Translations under genes and position numbers: made by a program
Source of the DNA: Nemertoderma westbladi
Lineage: Eukaryota > Animalia > Xenacoelomorpha
Reading direction: 5' to 3'
NCBI GenBank assembly: GCA_032718475.1
Contig: JAUCBJ010008178.1
Span: 103,386 to 167,385 of the forward strand
DNA length: 64,000 nucleotides
In this document: piece after piece, positions 26,415 to 36,827 of the stretch
Numbering within the stretch: position 1 is the stretch's first letter
Layout: every line of letters starts with the position of its first letter
The notes under the pieces: generated by a model
What the model was told of the DNA's origin: nothing
What the model saw: the letters and a program-made list of their open reading frames with translations, nothing else
The model's database searches: none

Positions 26415-26769
26415 CATGTACGGTACGTGTAGGTGTATCCACATGGCCATTGGTAGATTGGATTTTTATACTGTATGAAACTCGCTGGTTACAGTAGTGG
26501 CGGCCTCAACCCCAATTAAAACTGTCATGTAACCCTAACCCTAAGTCAAACTCTAACCCTACCTAGCCCGTGTAGGAATACCGTGTAGCGTTTACCCCAA
26601 TTATACTAGTGACGGGCCTAACGGGCCGATAAAGAACCGAGTTTTTATTTAAAATAAAAGAAATACTACCTGATTGATACCTTGTATGTCCGCAATTTAC
26701 CTCCTCATGGCCTCCCATCTGTCAATACCATCACCTGCTGCCACTGGCAGACTGGGCTCAATCCTACTG

Positions 26770-26862
26770 TAATTGGCCGTCTTTAACAACCTGGGTTCGA
26801 TCCCACCTGGATGTCATTGCCGACTTTGCAAAGCTGTGCCCAACATAATTAATAATAATATG
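26770..26862 (+). mobile_element. Possible tRNA-derived SINE relic
   Basis: B-box-like GGTTCGATCCC at ~26794 and an (AAT)n-like tail at ~26850; A-box not clear. Confidence 0.3.
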
Positions 26863-27184
26863 AAACCACTCATTCACCCAAAACACGAATAATAGGTTTT
26901 GAATATGGCTCTTAACCCTTTCCACCCTATGGCATATTTGGTATGCCTTGCGTTAAGGCACTGTGACATACTTGGTATGTCAAATTCTATACTTTATTCT
27001 ACTAACGCCTCAGGATATCAGTGCAGTCCTAGGACAGTTTTCCATGGCTCCAGTGCCCTATGTTGACCATATGTAGGCGGGAAATTTGAATTTATAGGAA
27101 CTGTATATCAAATGTTTGATGTAGGTTAATAAGTAGGTACCGGTCTATGGCATACTTTTGGTATTTTAATTCGATATAATTTTA

Positions 27185-27732
27185 TGACGGTCGATAAAGC
27201 TACCAACATCGACCGTCACTAATTAAATACTGTAAATTATCGACCGTCGTAATTAAATGCTGATAATTATCGTGCGTCGTAATTAAATACTGGAACCAGA
27301 TCGACCGTCGTTATTAATGTTGACATTATCGACCGTCGTAATTAAATACTGGAACCAGATCGACCATCGTTATTAATGTTGACATTATCGACCGTCGTAA
27401 TTAAATACTGGAACCAGATCGACCGTCGTTATTAATGTTGACATTATCGACCGTCGCAATTAAATACTGGAACCAGATCGACCGTCGTTATTAATGTTGA
27501 CATTATCGACCGTCGTAATTAAATACTGGAACCAGATCGACCGTCGTTATTAATGTTGACATTATCGACCGTCGTAATTAAATACTGGAACCAGATCGAC
27601 CGTCGTTATTAATGTTGACATTATCGACCGTCGTAATTAAATACTGGAACCAGATCGACCGTCGTTATTAATGTTGACATTATCGACCGTCGTAATTAAA
27701 TACTGGAACCAGATCGACCGTCGTAATTAATA
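27185..27732 (+). repeat. 59-bp tandem repeat inside the left TIR (two ATCGACCGTCG motifs per unit), ~7 units; ~2.5 units in the right TIR (~31710-31860)
   Basis: Unit ATCGACCGTCGTTATTAATGTTGACATT+ATCGACCGTCGTAATTAAATACTGGAACCAG read directly; the reverse complement is present in the right TIR. Confidence 0.95.
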
Positions 27733-27974
27733 GCTGTTGTTGTTGCTATGATACCATGAATAGGCGGGATATTTGAATTATGTCCTGCAATAGGCCTAGA
27801 TTTGGGTACTGCAGCTGTACTTTACTGCAGCTGTTATTTATAGTATTTATGCATTATTTGAAGTTTATTCAGTAATACAGTTTGTTTGCTATAGAGGCTA
27901 GTGCACTTTATGTACTGTACTACTGCCCTGCCCTGAATATAGGCGTATAGCTGTATAGGGGTAGACCTAGTATT

Positions 27975-29525
27975 ATGAGTGAACCTCCTCCATGCCCGAA
28001 TTGTCACCACCATCAGAGTGCTTCCGCTAATGATACCGCATCAACTAGTTCAGCTACGACTACCAGTGGTGGGAACTCTGTTAGCTTGTTCAATCCAGGC
28101 CGATTACATGATGAAATTGCAAACGTTTTCGCACCGTATAACATACCGACTAGAGAGCGTACTGGTAGGAGAGTTCCAGCAGCCAGACGAGTTACTTCAA
28201 CAACTGCAAGACGTGCAGCGACTCCACCTGGCCGACCATCGGCTACCGAGTTCTCTAAACCCGTTATAGTGTTAGCTGTTGGCGTTAAGAAAATTGGAAT
28301 TCGGTCGATTATCAAACATTGTTTAATAACATTTAGCCGTCTAGATGGCGAGGATGTCATAGCAGAAAAACTCCGCTCAGTACTACTAATGCCCCCAATT
28401 TGTAACACAGATTTTAGGTTTGTGAAAGCTATCGATAAGAGGGTCGAAAGTTTGTGTGTTGCTGATGATTTTAAGTTTAATGGTAGTGCTTTAATATCTC
28501 TCTACCCAGGTAAAGTTAACATATACATCCAGGTTCAGGCCAATCAAGATACCGGTATCAGTCAATGTAGTGATGATGACAATAACATCCAGGTTCGTAC
28601 GAATCAAGGAACCAGTACCGATCAGCGTAGTGATAATGGCGCAATACATGAAACACCGGTAAATGTACCAGATGTTATTTGGGTTGATAGCAGCGACGAT
28701 GATGGTCATTCCGATTCCGACATTCCGATTCCTACAGCTCCTAACATTCCAAGTTATACAAAAATAGCACCTGGTGATTTAACTGAACTTAAAAAAGTAC
28801 AGTTTAGTTATGATTACGATGACACATCAGCGCAGTTTACTGACCCTGATAACTTTCAGGTAGTTCGCATTCGAAGGCGTTGTGTTTTAGAAGATACAAT
28901 TAAAGCAATGGCCAAATTGGATTTAACAGAAGGAATATTAGTTCGGTATGTTGGAGAACCTGGGTGTGACCAGGGTGGTCTGCGAAGAGATTGGTTTGGT
29001 ACAGTGATAGGATCACTGATTCAATCCTCTATGTTTATTATTATAGATGATAAATACATTATTCCTAGTTCTGCAGATATAACTAAAGTAACAAATGGCT
29101 TATTTACTGCAATAGGAAAGCTGATTGCACTTAATTTAATTCACGGCCAACAGCTATTTACCATAATGCACCCTTTAGTTAGTCGCTATATGTTATATCA
29201 AAATGTTTCGGTGGGTTGCCTAACATTTCTTAGTGAAATTAACTTAACACCATCATGTGTCTCGGATATAATTCAAGGGTCATTTAGTGACGAAGTTACA
29301 GCCAAATGTATTGAAGCTGGAATTATTATTCCACATGGATGCAACGAAGCACAACGACGTAACATAGCAGAGTTATATTTACAATCATTACTATTAATTA
29401 ACAAAGCAGCCATCGACGCTGTCAAGGATAGTTTCTTGAGAGAGATTAGGAACCTCAATCTTGACAATGATATCCTATACAAATATTTGTCAATTGGCCT
29501 TGAAATTAAACTAGACATACTTTGA
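27975..29525 (+). CDS. Transposon cargo protein with a HECT-domain N-lobe (G2E3-like), lacking the catalytic C-lobe
   Basis: Intact 516-aa ORF. VRIRRRCVLEDT, VRYVGEPGCDQGGLRRDWF and FTAIGKLIALNLIHG match HECT N-terminal motifs. No P-x-A-x-T-C motif before the stop. Confidence 0.82.
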   Translation: MSEPPPCPNCHHHQSASANDTASTSSATTTSGGNSVSLFNPGRLHDEIANVFAPYNIPTRERTGRRVPAARRVTSTTARRAATPPGRPSATEFSKPVIVLAVGVKKIGIRSIIKHCLITFSRLDGEDVIAEKLRSVLLMPPICNTDFRFVKAIDKRVESLCVADDFKFNGSALISLYPGKVNIYIQVQANQDTGISQCSDDDNNIQVRTNQGTSTDQRSDNGAIHETPVNVPDVIWVDSSDDDGHSDSDIPIPTAPNIPSYTKIAPGDLTELKKVQFSYDYDDTSAQFTDPDNFQVVRIRRRCVLEDTIKAMAKLDLTEGILVRYVGEPGCDQGGLRRDWFGTVIGSLIQSSMFIIIDDKYIIPSSADITKVTNGLFTAIGKLIALNLIHGQQLFTIMHPLVSRYMLYQNVSVGCLTFLSEINLTPSCVSDIIQGSFSDEVTAKCIEAGIIIPHGCNEAQRRNIAELYLQSLLLINKAAIDAVKDSFLREIRNLNLDNDILYKYLSIGLEIKLDIL

Positions 29526-29664
29526 CAGACATACTAACATGTTAATAGTTAATACCATGTTTAAGCAAAAACACTGGCTAATATTTATTGCATTGCCAAG
29601 ATATAGTATGCAATGCATCCTTAGTAATCAGAGATAAAATTGACTTGTAATTTACAATATGAAA

Positions 29665-31506
29665 TTAGTTTAGGTTTACTCTCCTATATACATAGTCCCG
29701 ACAGTGCATATACAATTCTACATTGAAGTTATTATTAGGCAGTACAACAGTTTGTAATAACTGTTGGAGTTCAGTCCGGTCATCTTCGTTGAGTGGACAT
29801 AGAACATCAGGGACATCAACAACAGTTTCATTGTCTTCAACGACTGGTCCCTCCCAATCAATACCGTATGATTCAAGTTCAGGCGATTCCTCGAGGGAAG
29901 TGGACAATCGGCTATTAATAAATATCTTAGTTGGAGACCAGTAGCTTTCTGTACGTAAACCATGGCGATTCCATGCGTTACGGAAAGTTTCAAGAGAATT
30001 GTTTATCCTATCCTTATAGCAAGTATGGAGTACGAATAAGTCCACTGTGTTCGTTGGATCCAACAAACAGTTATCTTCCATCCAGTAAAACAACTCGTAG
30101 TACAAACTTAGGACAGACCTAAAGACATCTCGCCATAATCTCTCAATTCTCTGATTGTGGGTACTTTTACCCGCTATAAAGCTACCCCTGTTATATCCTC
30201 TATTAGCTATCATTAACGAAGCGACGTCACGGTTCTCCCCACCCTTATCCCCCCTGACACGAGATGGTAATCCATAATACTGCATAAGGCACTTTCGCGC
30301 TTCAGCATCAGTGGTTTCACACATACATAGTATATATATATATATATATCGGTACAATGAACCATGCTGTTAAGACCCCCCCCCCCCCCCCCCATTATTT
30401 TTAACCCCCACCGCACCCCGTCGCTATTCCTGTTAGACCCCCATACACATCCAATATATTGTAGTATTACTATTCTCTTTATTGATCTGTAGACTTTATT
30501 AAAACCGTCTCTTTTATTAAAACAAAATTATCTTTATTAACAAACAATAATTTATTTATTTATTTATTTTATTTTATTAATTTAAAAAACACTGATGATG
30601 AAACCCGATACTCTCCTGTACTGCTTCCTGAAACAACTTCAATACAGTTTCAGCACAATTATTCGTTGATAGCCAAAGATATGTTATTAACCGTGAATAA
30701 CCGTCAATGGCACCATGTACAACAAAACACCACCTCACTAGGCTGTGGTGGCCGTCTATATGCCACAGCGAATTTGCACCCCTAACATTATACTTACGGC
30801 GACTAACAAGGGCCCCCCAGCGGTAGGATGAAGATACGGGATCGATTTCTCGTAGAATTGAGGAAACACGATTTAACCCTACATATATATTCTTCATCCG
30901 TAGTAAAGAATTCACCATCCGGCAACCAGCATGTGGAAATTCACGGTGTATTTCTCTAATAGCGGCAAACAGTGTTCCATTTGTAACCACTCGTCTAACT
31001 CGTTGCAAACCGTATTGTCTTACACGTGTCATTATTGCGGACCTACTAACACCGAATATCTTCGAAATTTGCTTCCAAGTAAATCCGGTTTCTTTAAGGA
31101 AACTCAGGGTTTCCGATGGAATGTCAAATGACGGACGACCACGCTGGTTATCGACTCCGATTCTAGACCTGCTAGTAAAACCTCTATATGGCAGTCTAAT
31201 TAAGTCTGTGCAACGAGACGAGGACCTAGACCTATTCTCAGGTGTTACAGCTGTCAGTAAGTTTTTACGCAGTTGAATAAGATAGCCATGATAAGCCACA
31301 CCAGTATGATTATTAGGATAATTAATACTGTTTACTAAGTCCAAGTTTGTTGCTGCGTGACTAATTCGCTGATACAAGTCGTTCAAAACATCAACATCAC
31401 AGATGAGACTTGGTGAACTCTGGATATCATCATGGAGATGTAATTGTTCGCACTTACTAATTACAGACAATATCTCCTGGTGCATTATTTCAACTTGATA
31501 TGCCAT
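29665..31506 (-). CDS. IS3/retroviral-integrase-type DDE transposase in two segments (31506-30616 and 30279-29665), ~500 aa if joined
   Basis: HTH ([15 protein letters not shown]), WHIDGHHSL (D1), [24 protein letters not shown] (D2), [14 protein letters not shown] (E). A ~340-bp intervening sequence lies between D1 and D2. Likely ATG at 31506. Confidence 0.9.
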
Positions 31507-32239
31507 ATTTAAACTAGCCTCTGGCAAACTAATATAAAATTACGAAACGAAACGAAGGTAATACAACGGCAGGGCAGTACAGTAATTAATTACCTACTGC
31601 AGCACCGCACCGGTGTGGTACAGTACAGCAGTACCCAAATCTAGGCCTATTGCAGGACATAATTCAAATATCCCGCCTATTCATGGTATCATAGCAACAA
31701 CAACAGCTATTAATTACGACGGTCGATCTGGTTCCAGTATTTAATTACGACGGTCGATAATGTCAACATTAATAACGACGGTCGATCTGGTTCCAGTATT
31801 TAATTACGACGGTCGATAATGTCAACATTAATAACGACGGTCGATCTGGTTCCAGTATTTAATTACGACGCACGATAATTATCAGCATTTAATTACGACG
31901 GTCGATAATTTACAGCATTTAATTACGACGGTCGATAATTTACAGTATTTAATTAGTGACGGTCGATGTTGGTAGCTTTATCGGCCGTCATAAAATTATA
32001 TCGAATTAAAATACCAAAAGTATGCCATAGTGCTTTAGGCATATGCATGGGTGGGTGGGTAGGCCTAGGCAGGTAACGGTAATTATCCAAATTCCACTAA
32101 AATTACGTCACAATCGTGTTTTTTTATTGGCAGGTTATGTATGCGTTAAGGTCATATTCGGAGAAAAGCATTATTGTTCAGTTTAATGAAGGTTTAAATT
32201 ATACCACTTTAACAACTGTTATCGTTATACGTTTTCACT

Positions 32240-32287
32240 GTGACGTCACTAACTACGAGCCAATTGGCCCGTAGTTAGTGACGTCAC
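32240..32287. promoter_or_regulatory. 48-bp near-perfect palindrome with two CRE sites (TGACGTCA) around a central CCAATTGG
   Basis: GTGACGTCACTAACTACGAGCCAA|TTGGCCCGTAGTTAGTGACGTCAC, 1 mismatch; function not demonstrated. Confidence 0.45.
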
Positions 32288-34097
32288 CTCTTGCGATTAG
32301 TTTGCTACATTATTGAACGTACTGTATCTTACAAACGGGTACAGCATCCCTTCTACAGTAGGCCTATTATATGTTTAAGGGGCCAAGGGGTAAATCTTAT
32401 GATTTTAGGGATGAATTTAGAGTATCTATGAGTTTTAATTCCGTAATATGTTATACAATAACGAACCTGTCTTTAGACTGGGTAGTTTTTGTTTAAAGCT
32501 GAGGCCGGCAAAAACACGATGGATATATTTACCTATATCACTCACTATATATGTCTATATTTACCTATATCACTATATATGTCACTATATCACTCACTAT
32601 GTATGTTCACCAAATGGCTTGAAACCACTTGCATGCATTGTAAAATTGTAAACGCAAGTATTTATCAATTGTTGTCTAGTTGTTGAATAAAAAAGTTGGG
32701 AACGATTCGAAGTGCGATATTCGAAATATTTGCATATTTTCAACATTATTGAACGCGAAATTAAATACCCACAACTCCCTTGCTTGAAATGTTTTTCAGG
32801 TGATTGATATTTAGCAATTATTATGAGGTTACTTACTACTGAAATCTGATAGAATGCCAAACATTAATAGCTTAGTAGGTTTTGTTTATCTGGGACGTTT
32901 ACAACAGCTGTCGATTAAACTAACAATACCAGAAACTAAACCAGGGTACCAGCCGGGTACCAAAAGCTGTTTGATAGACTCAATGGTACATATCACCAAA
33001 TTTCATAGGAGTTTTGTACATTATATTGTTAAATTGGTTGCTTCCGATGTTATTTTTTAGGCGAAACTGAGATTACGTAGAATTAATTAGTGTTCTATAC
33101 TTTTATTATCTAATACAGTACATTCATCTCTGTTCAGGCATTTAGCAAGAAAATCTAAACGGTAAGGCTTGGAATGTATTTTATTCTTAAATTGTTATTT
33201 TTGATCAGAATATCCCCCAAAACCGGCAGAAAAAGGACCAAATTTATTAAATTTTATTACATGAATCGAAAGTGCATCGAAATAGAAAAGGTTTGCACGC
33301 AATTTGAGCTAAATCCATGCAGACACTCAAAAATTATTGCAACTTTAGTGTCTACAAGAAGTACTCCAAAACGGAACTCACTATCCAATATTGGTTTGTA
33401 GTTGAGCCTGATCTCTACTTAAATAAATAAATATTCCATAACATAAAATTATTTAACACACAATTTAACATTGAGTAAGGCAGCATCAGGATTTGAAAGG
33501 TACAATAATTTGAATCGCTGCGTAATTATGGAAGCAATTTAGTAAATATTCAATTGATTGTTTGAGTTTGATTGTTAATAATATAATTATTAAATTTCTT
33601 CTCATTATAATGGCATTGTTTCAAACCAACAATTTTTTACCAGTTCTAAATGCAATTTATATAGACTAACCGTGTATCACTCAGGCAACTATATGATTTA
33701 GTTTATTTCGCATTGCTCATGATGTTATTACTGCCTATGTGAAGAATACCAGGTATTCACTTTTCTGTCGAAATTACATTGAAATTTTATAGGCCTATAT
33801 GAAGAATTCGTATTTTTTTAAATGTACCTTATAAAGTGTTTTTTTACGCCATTTCAGTCTTATAACCTGTTGTTTTGGTTAGATTCAGCCCTTCTGTAAC
33901 CTGTATTTTTAATGAAAACCGGGTATTCTTCACATTGGGGTAAACTGCAAAGTGAAAATATACGGCAGAAAATCTGGTATATTTTTCATGGGCCGCCATA
34001 TCTGCAGAACTTGATCAAAAAGTTATATTACTATGCTTTTCGGTTAAAGATATTATTTGGATTTTTCATCAATATTTATTACATTAGTGCCTAAAAC

Positions 34098-34286
34098 GTG
34101 TCGGAAAGAACTCCTTGTAATTAATTTCAGTAACCGAAATTCAGATATTCTGCCCTCGTGTATTGAGTTTTGCACTCGATGGAATTTTAAAAGCCTCCTT
34201 ACTCGTGCAAATCTCAATACACCCAGATAGATTAATTGAATTTCGGTTAATTAAAATTTGTGACTAAAAGTGCTTCTTTCCGATAC
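34098..34286. repeat. ~190-bp imperfect inverted repeat, likely internal to a DNA-transposon relic
   Basis: Nested arm pairs GTCGGAAAGAA/TTCTTTCCGAT, TAACCGAAATTCA/TGAATTTCGGTTA and GTGTATTGAG/CTCAATACAC. Confidence 0.7.
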
Positions 34287-35040
34287 TTTTTTCTTATCGA
34301 AGAACATTACTTTATACAGTTGAACCTTGAACTTGAAAGACAGGTTCGTTTAAAGCCAGCTTGCTGGCGTTCTAGTAATGGTACTGTATAATGAAATATG
34401 GTATATTATAGTTGTAATAACGTCACTTACCGACCAATCCTATGCTTATTATTTTTATTTAATTAGTTATATTATAATTAATGGGACACCAAAGATCCAA
34501 TTCATGTGCGTACTGTACAGATTCTTTAGAAATACTCCATGCATGGCATGTTGTATTTTTCTCAAAATTTAAATAAAATTTCAATATTCGGTTACCATTA
34601 ATTCAGTATGTGATTGTTATGCAACAGCTTTGGGTGCGGGAAACGAACGTGTTTGATTGGATATTTACTTTGTACTGCCTCTTCTGCCCTACTGTAGCTA
34701 ATTAATGTAATTAATGCTTCGGTACTGTAAATAAAAGTGTTTAAACTGCCAATATTTGTAATAATTATTATTCTTTTAAAAATTCACTTTTTTAACCGCA
34801 AAATTGCGGACATAATAAGTATATACGTCGTTGTTCATAATATAGCACATTGTAGCGTTACGGCACAAGTGATTTTGATTAATACTGTAATTGAAGTAAA
34901 TAATAGAACGAGGGCCGCATAAGCTTTAAAGTGCTAAGTATGAACAATGGCGAATATAATTTTATTTATTTGAGGGGAATTATTTGTAGTTATGTACCTA
35001 AACTTACTGGACATACATAGTAAAATGTATGGCGTAGGTA

Positions 35041-36330
35041 TTATTATTAATTATTATTATTAATTATCATCATACATATTATGTTTAAGATACATAATAG
35101 TACAGTAATTAATGTAGGTAGCACAAACATAGAGAAAATTTATTAATTAATACAGTACCAGAAAAGATAATGTAAGCGGATGGGCTTAGCACAACAACAA
35201 CGCCTGTACCAAAATAAAATATGATTGTAAATATAAATATATGGCTATTTAACTTGAACCTATTAACGGCCTAACTAACACAAATATGTTTAAGAATAAC
35301 TTCAAGTTCCTCTTGCTCAAAACCAGGTACTTCAAGATTATTGTGGCGGCACTCAATAATCTCTCTACATGTGTCTACTAAGTTCTCGTTTTCACTGTTT
35401 AAATACCACTTTTTATTAAAAATATCTGCACGAACAATGAAATTACTATCAAGATTACAATGATTACTAATACGTTTAAGATTTGCACCACTCACTGTCC
35501 TACAATAAAAAAAACACCAAGTTCGCAAGGAAACGTATCGACGGTTTCTTGCTAAGAAGGACCGTATCCGAAAACTTTAAGAGACGACTACATAACATGG
35601 ATGTTGGATACGGAAAATGTGCCAAACCTTCTACTATAAACCTATGGGTGTTGTACGGTAACTTAAACACCGTTCTAACATTATTATTCCAAGAATGAAT
35701 CAGACGTAGGCAACTTTTATCCCAAAGGTCCCACAAAGCACTCCCGTAAAAACTGGTTGCATAAATACGCTGCAAAAAAAAAACAATTCTAATAAACAGG
35801 ACGGATGCGAGAATGAGAATTCTTGTCGTAGACACCCTAATTTTCCTATAAATTTACCACGTTTATTTAAAATATCCGAGTTACTTGTACCTTTATAATT
35901 AAAAATATTACCTAAATGTAAAACTTCCTGTACCCATGGCAACCTAATGCCATCTACGGTAAGATTAATATTCGGTGGATTCCACCTATTAGCGAATGGA
36001 ATGCATTTGGATTTACTTTTATTTGGGTCGATATTGGTACTGAATTGCATTTTATATTCTTTGGCAAAACAACTGCAAATGTTAAGCATATACTGCAAAC
36101 CGCTAATAGATGGACATAATAAAAATATGTCATCCGCATAAACAACTACCCCAAAATATCTAGAACCAATATGACAACCAATGTTAGGATTACGTAAATA
36201 TATAATGAGTTTATTTATAACAACACAAAATAACAATGGTGAAGCGACCGAGCCTTGTCGCACACCATTACTAATAGGAAACTCCCGGGAATCTGTCTTT
36301 CCCCAACGCACAATACATGACTGATTTCTA
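35041..36330 (-). pseudogene. 5'-truncated, frameshifted non-LTR retrotransposon (RT C-terminal half and 3' UTR)
   Basis: GVRQGSVASPLLF and VYADDIFLL RT motifs, continued in shifted frames (YATSFYGSALWDL...WNNNVRTVFKLPYNTHR); (TAA)n-like tail near 35041-35065. Confidence 0.85.
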
Positions 36331-36713
36331 TATATATATATATTAGAGTACGAATAAATAAGTATAAATAGTATATGAGGAATAATGTCGCACTGCGATG
36401 TAAAGTTAGAAAATATGTCGCCCTGGCGATTTGGTAGTGCGAAATTAATTCCGGATACAAATAAATAAAATACTTTTTGTCCGCATGTGCGACAAAAAAA
36501 AAGTAATAATCCAATCAAAATTCTAAAATAAATTTTACTAGATATCATGATAATTTGAGATTAATAATTTATATTAATATAATATTTTGCATTGAATTAA
36601 CTAAATAAATGAATACGAGTCCATGTTCTCTATTACGAATACAAGTAAATGTTTTCTGATACATAACGTCTAAAACTGTTGCGGGTCCTTACGTCCTCTT
36701 GCCTCTGATCCTA

Positions 36714-36827
<114 letters not shown>

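Larger units (their letters stand above)
27146..32029. mobile_element. IS3EU-like TIR DNA transposon (4.9 kb) with two convergent genes
   Basis: Ends TATGGCATACTTTTGG...CCAAAAGTATGCCATA. Long TIRs at ~27146-27813 and ~31629-32029. Encloses an IS3-type DDE transposase (-) and a HECT-like ORF (+). No TSD found (flanks CCGGTC / GTGCTT). Confidence 0.88.

Noticed and set aside
26530-26560. Telomere-like TAACCC repeats
   Set aside because: Only 3-4 degenerate units; common inside repeats, not a real interstitial telomere.
24684-26598. Third, outer MULE-like element (GGGGTAAACGTTAC ... GTAGCGTTTACCCC)
   Set aside because: The ends are inverted matches and resemble the MITE TIR, but the flanks show no TSD; cannot support pairing them.
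26606-26632. Helitron-like 3' end on the minus strand (GGCC-CGTTA-GGCC hairpin then CTAG|T)
   Set aside because: Hairpin stem is only 4 bp and no 5' TC end could be assigned.
26912-26990. TTAA-CCCTTT piggyBac-like start with CTATGGCATATTTGGTAT resembling the IS3EU-like TIR tip
   Set aside because: No partner end found; similarity to the TIR covers only ~17 bp and does not supply the missing TSD.
30285-30605. Hammerhead ribozyme cores (CTGATGA...GAAA) at the ends of the transposase insert
   Set aside because: No stem II between CTGATGA and GAAA on the plus strand, and the minus-strand candidate lacks the conserved A; helices I and III not found.
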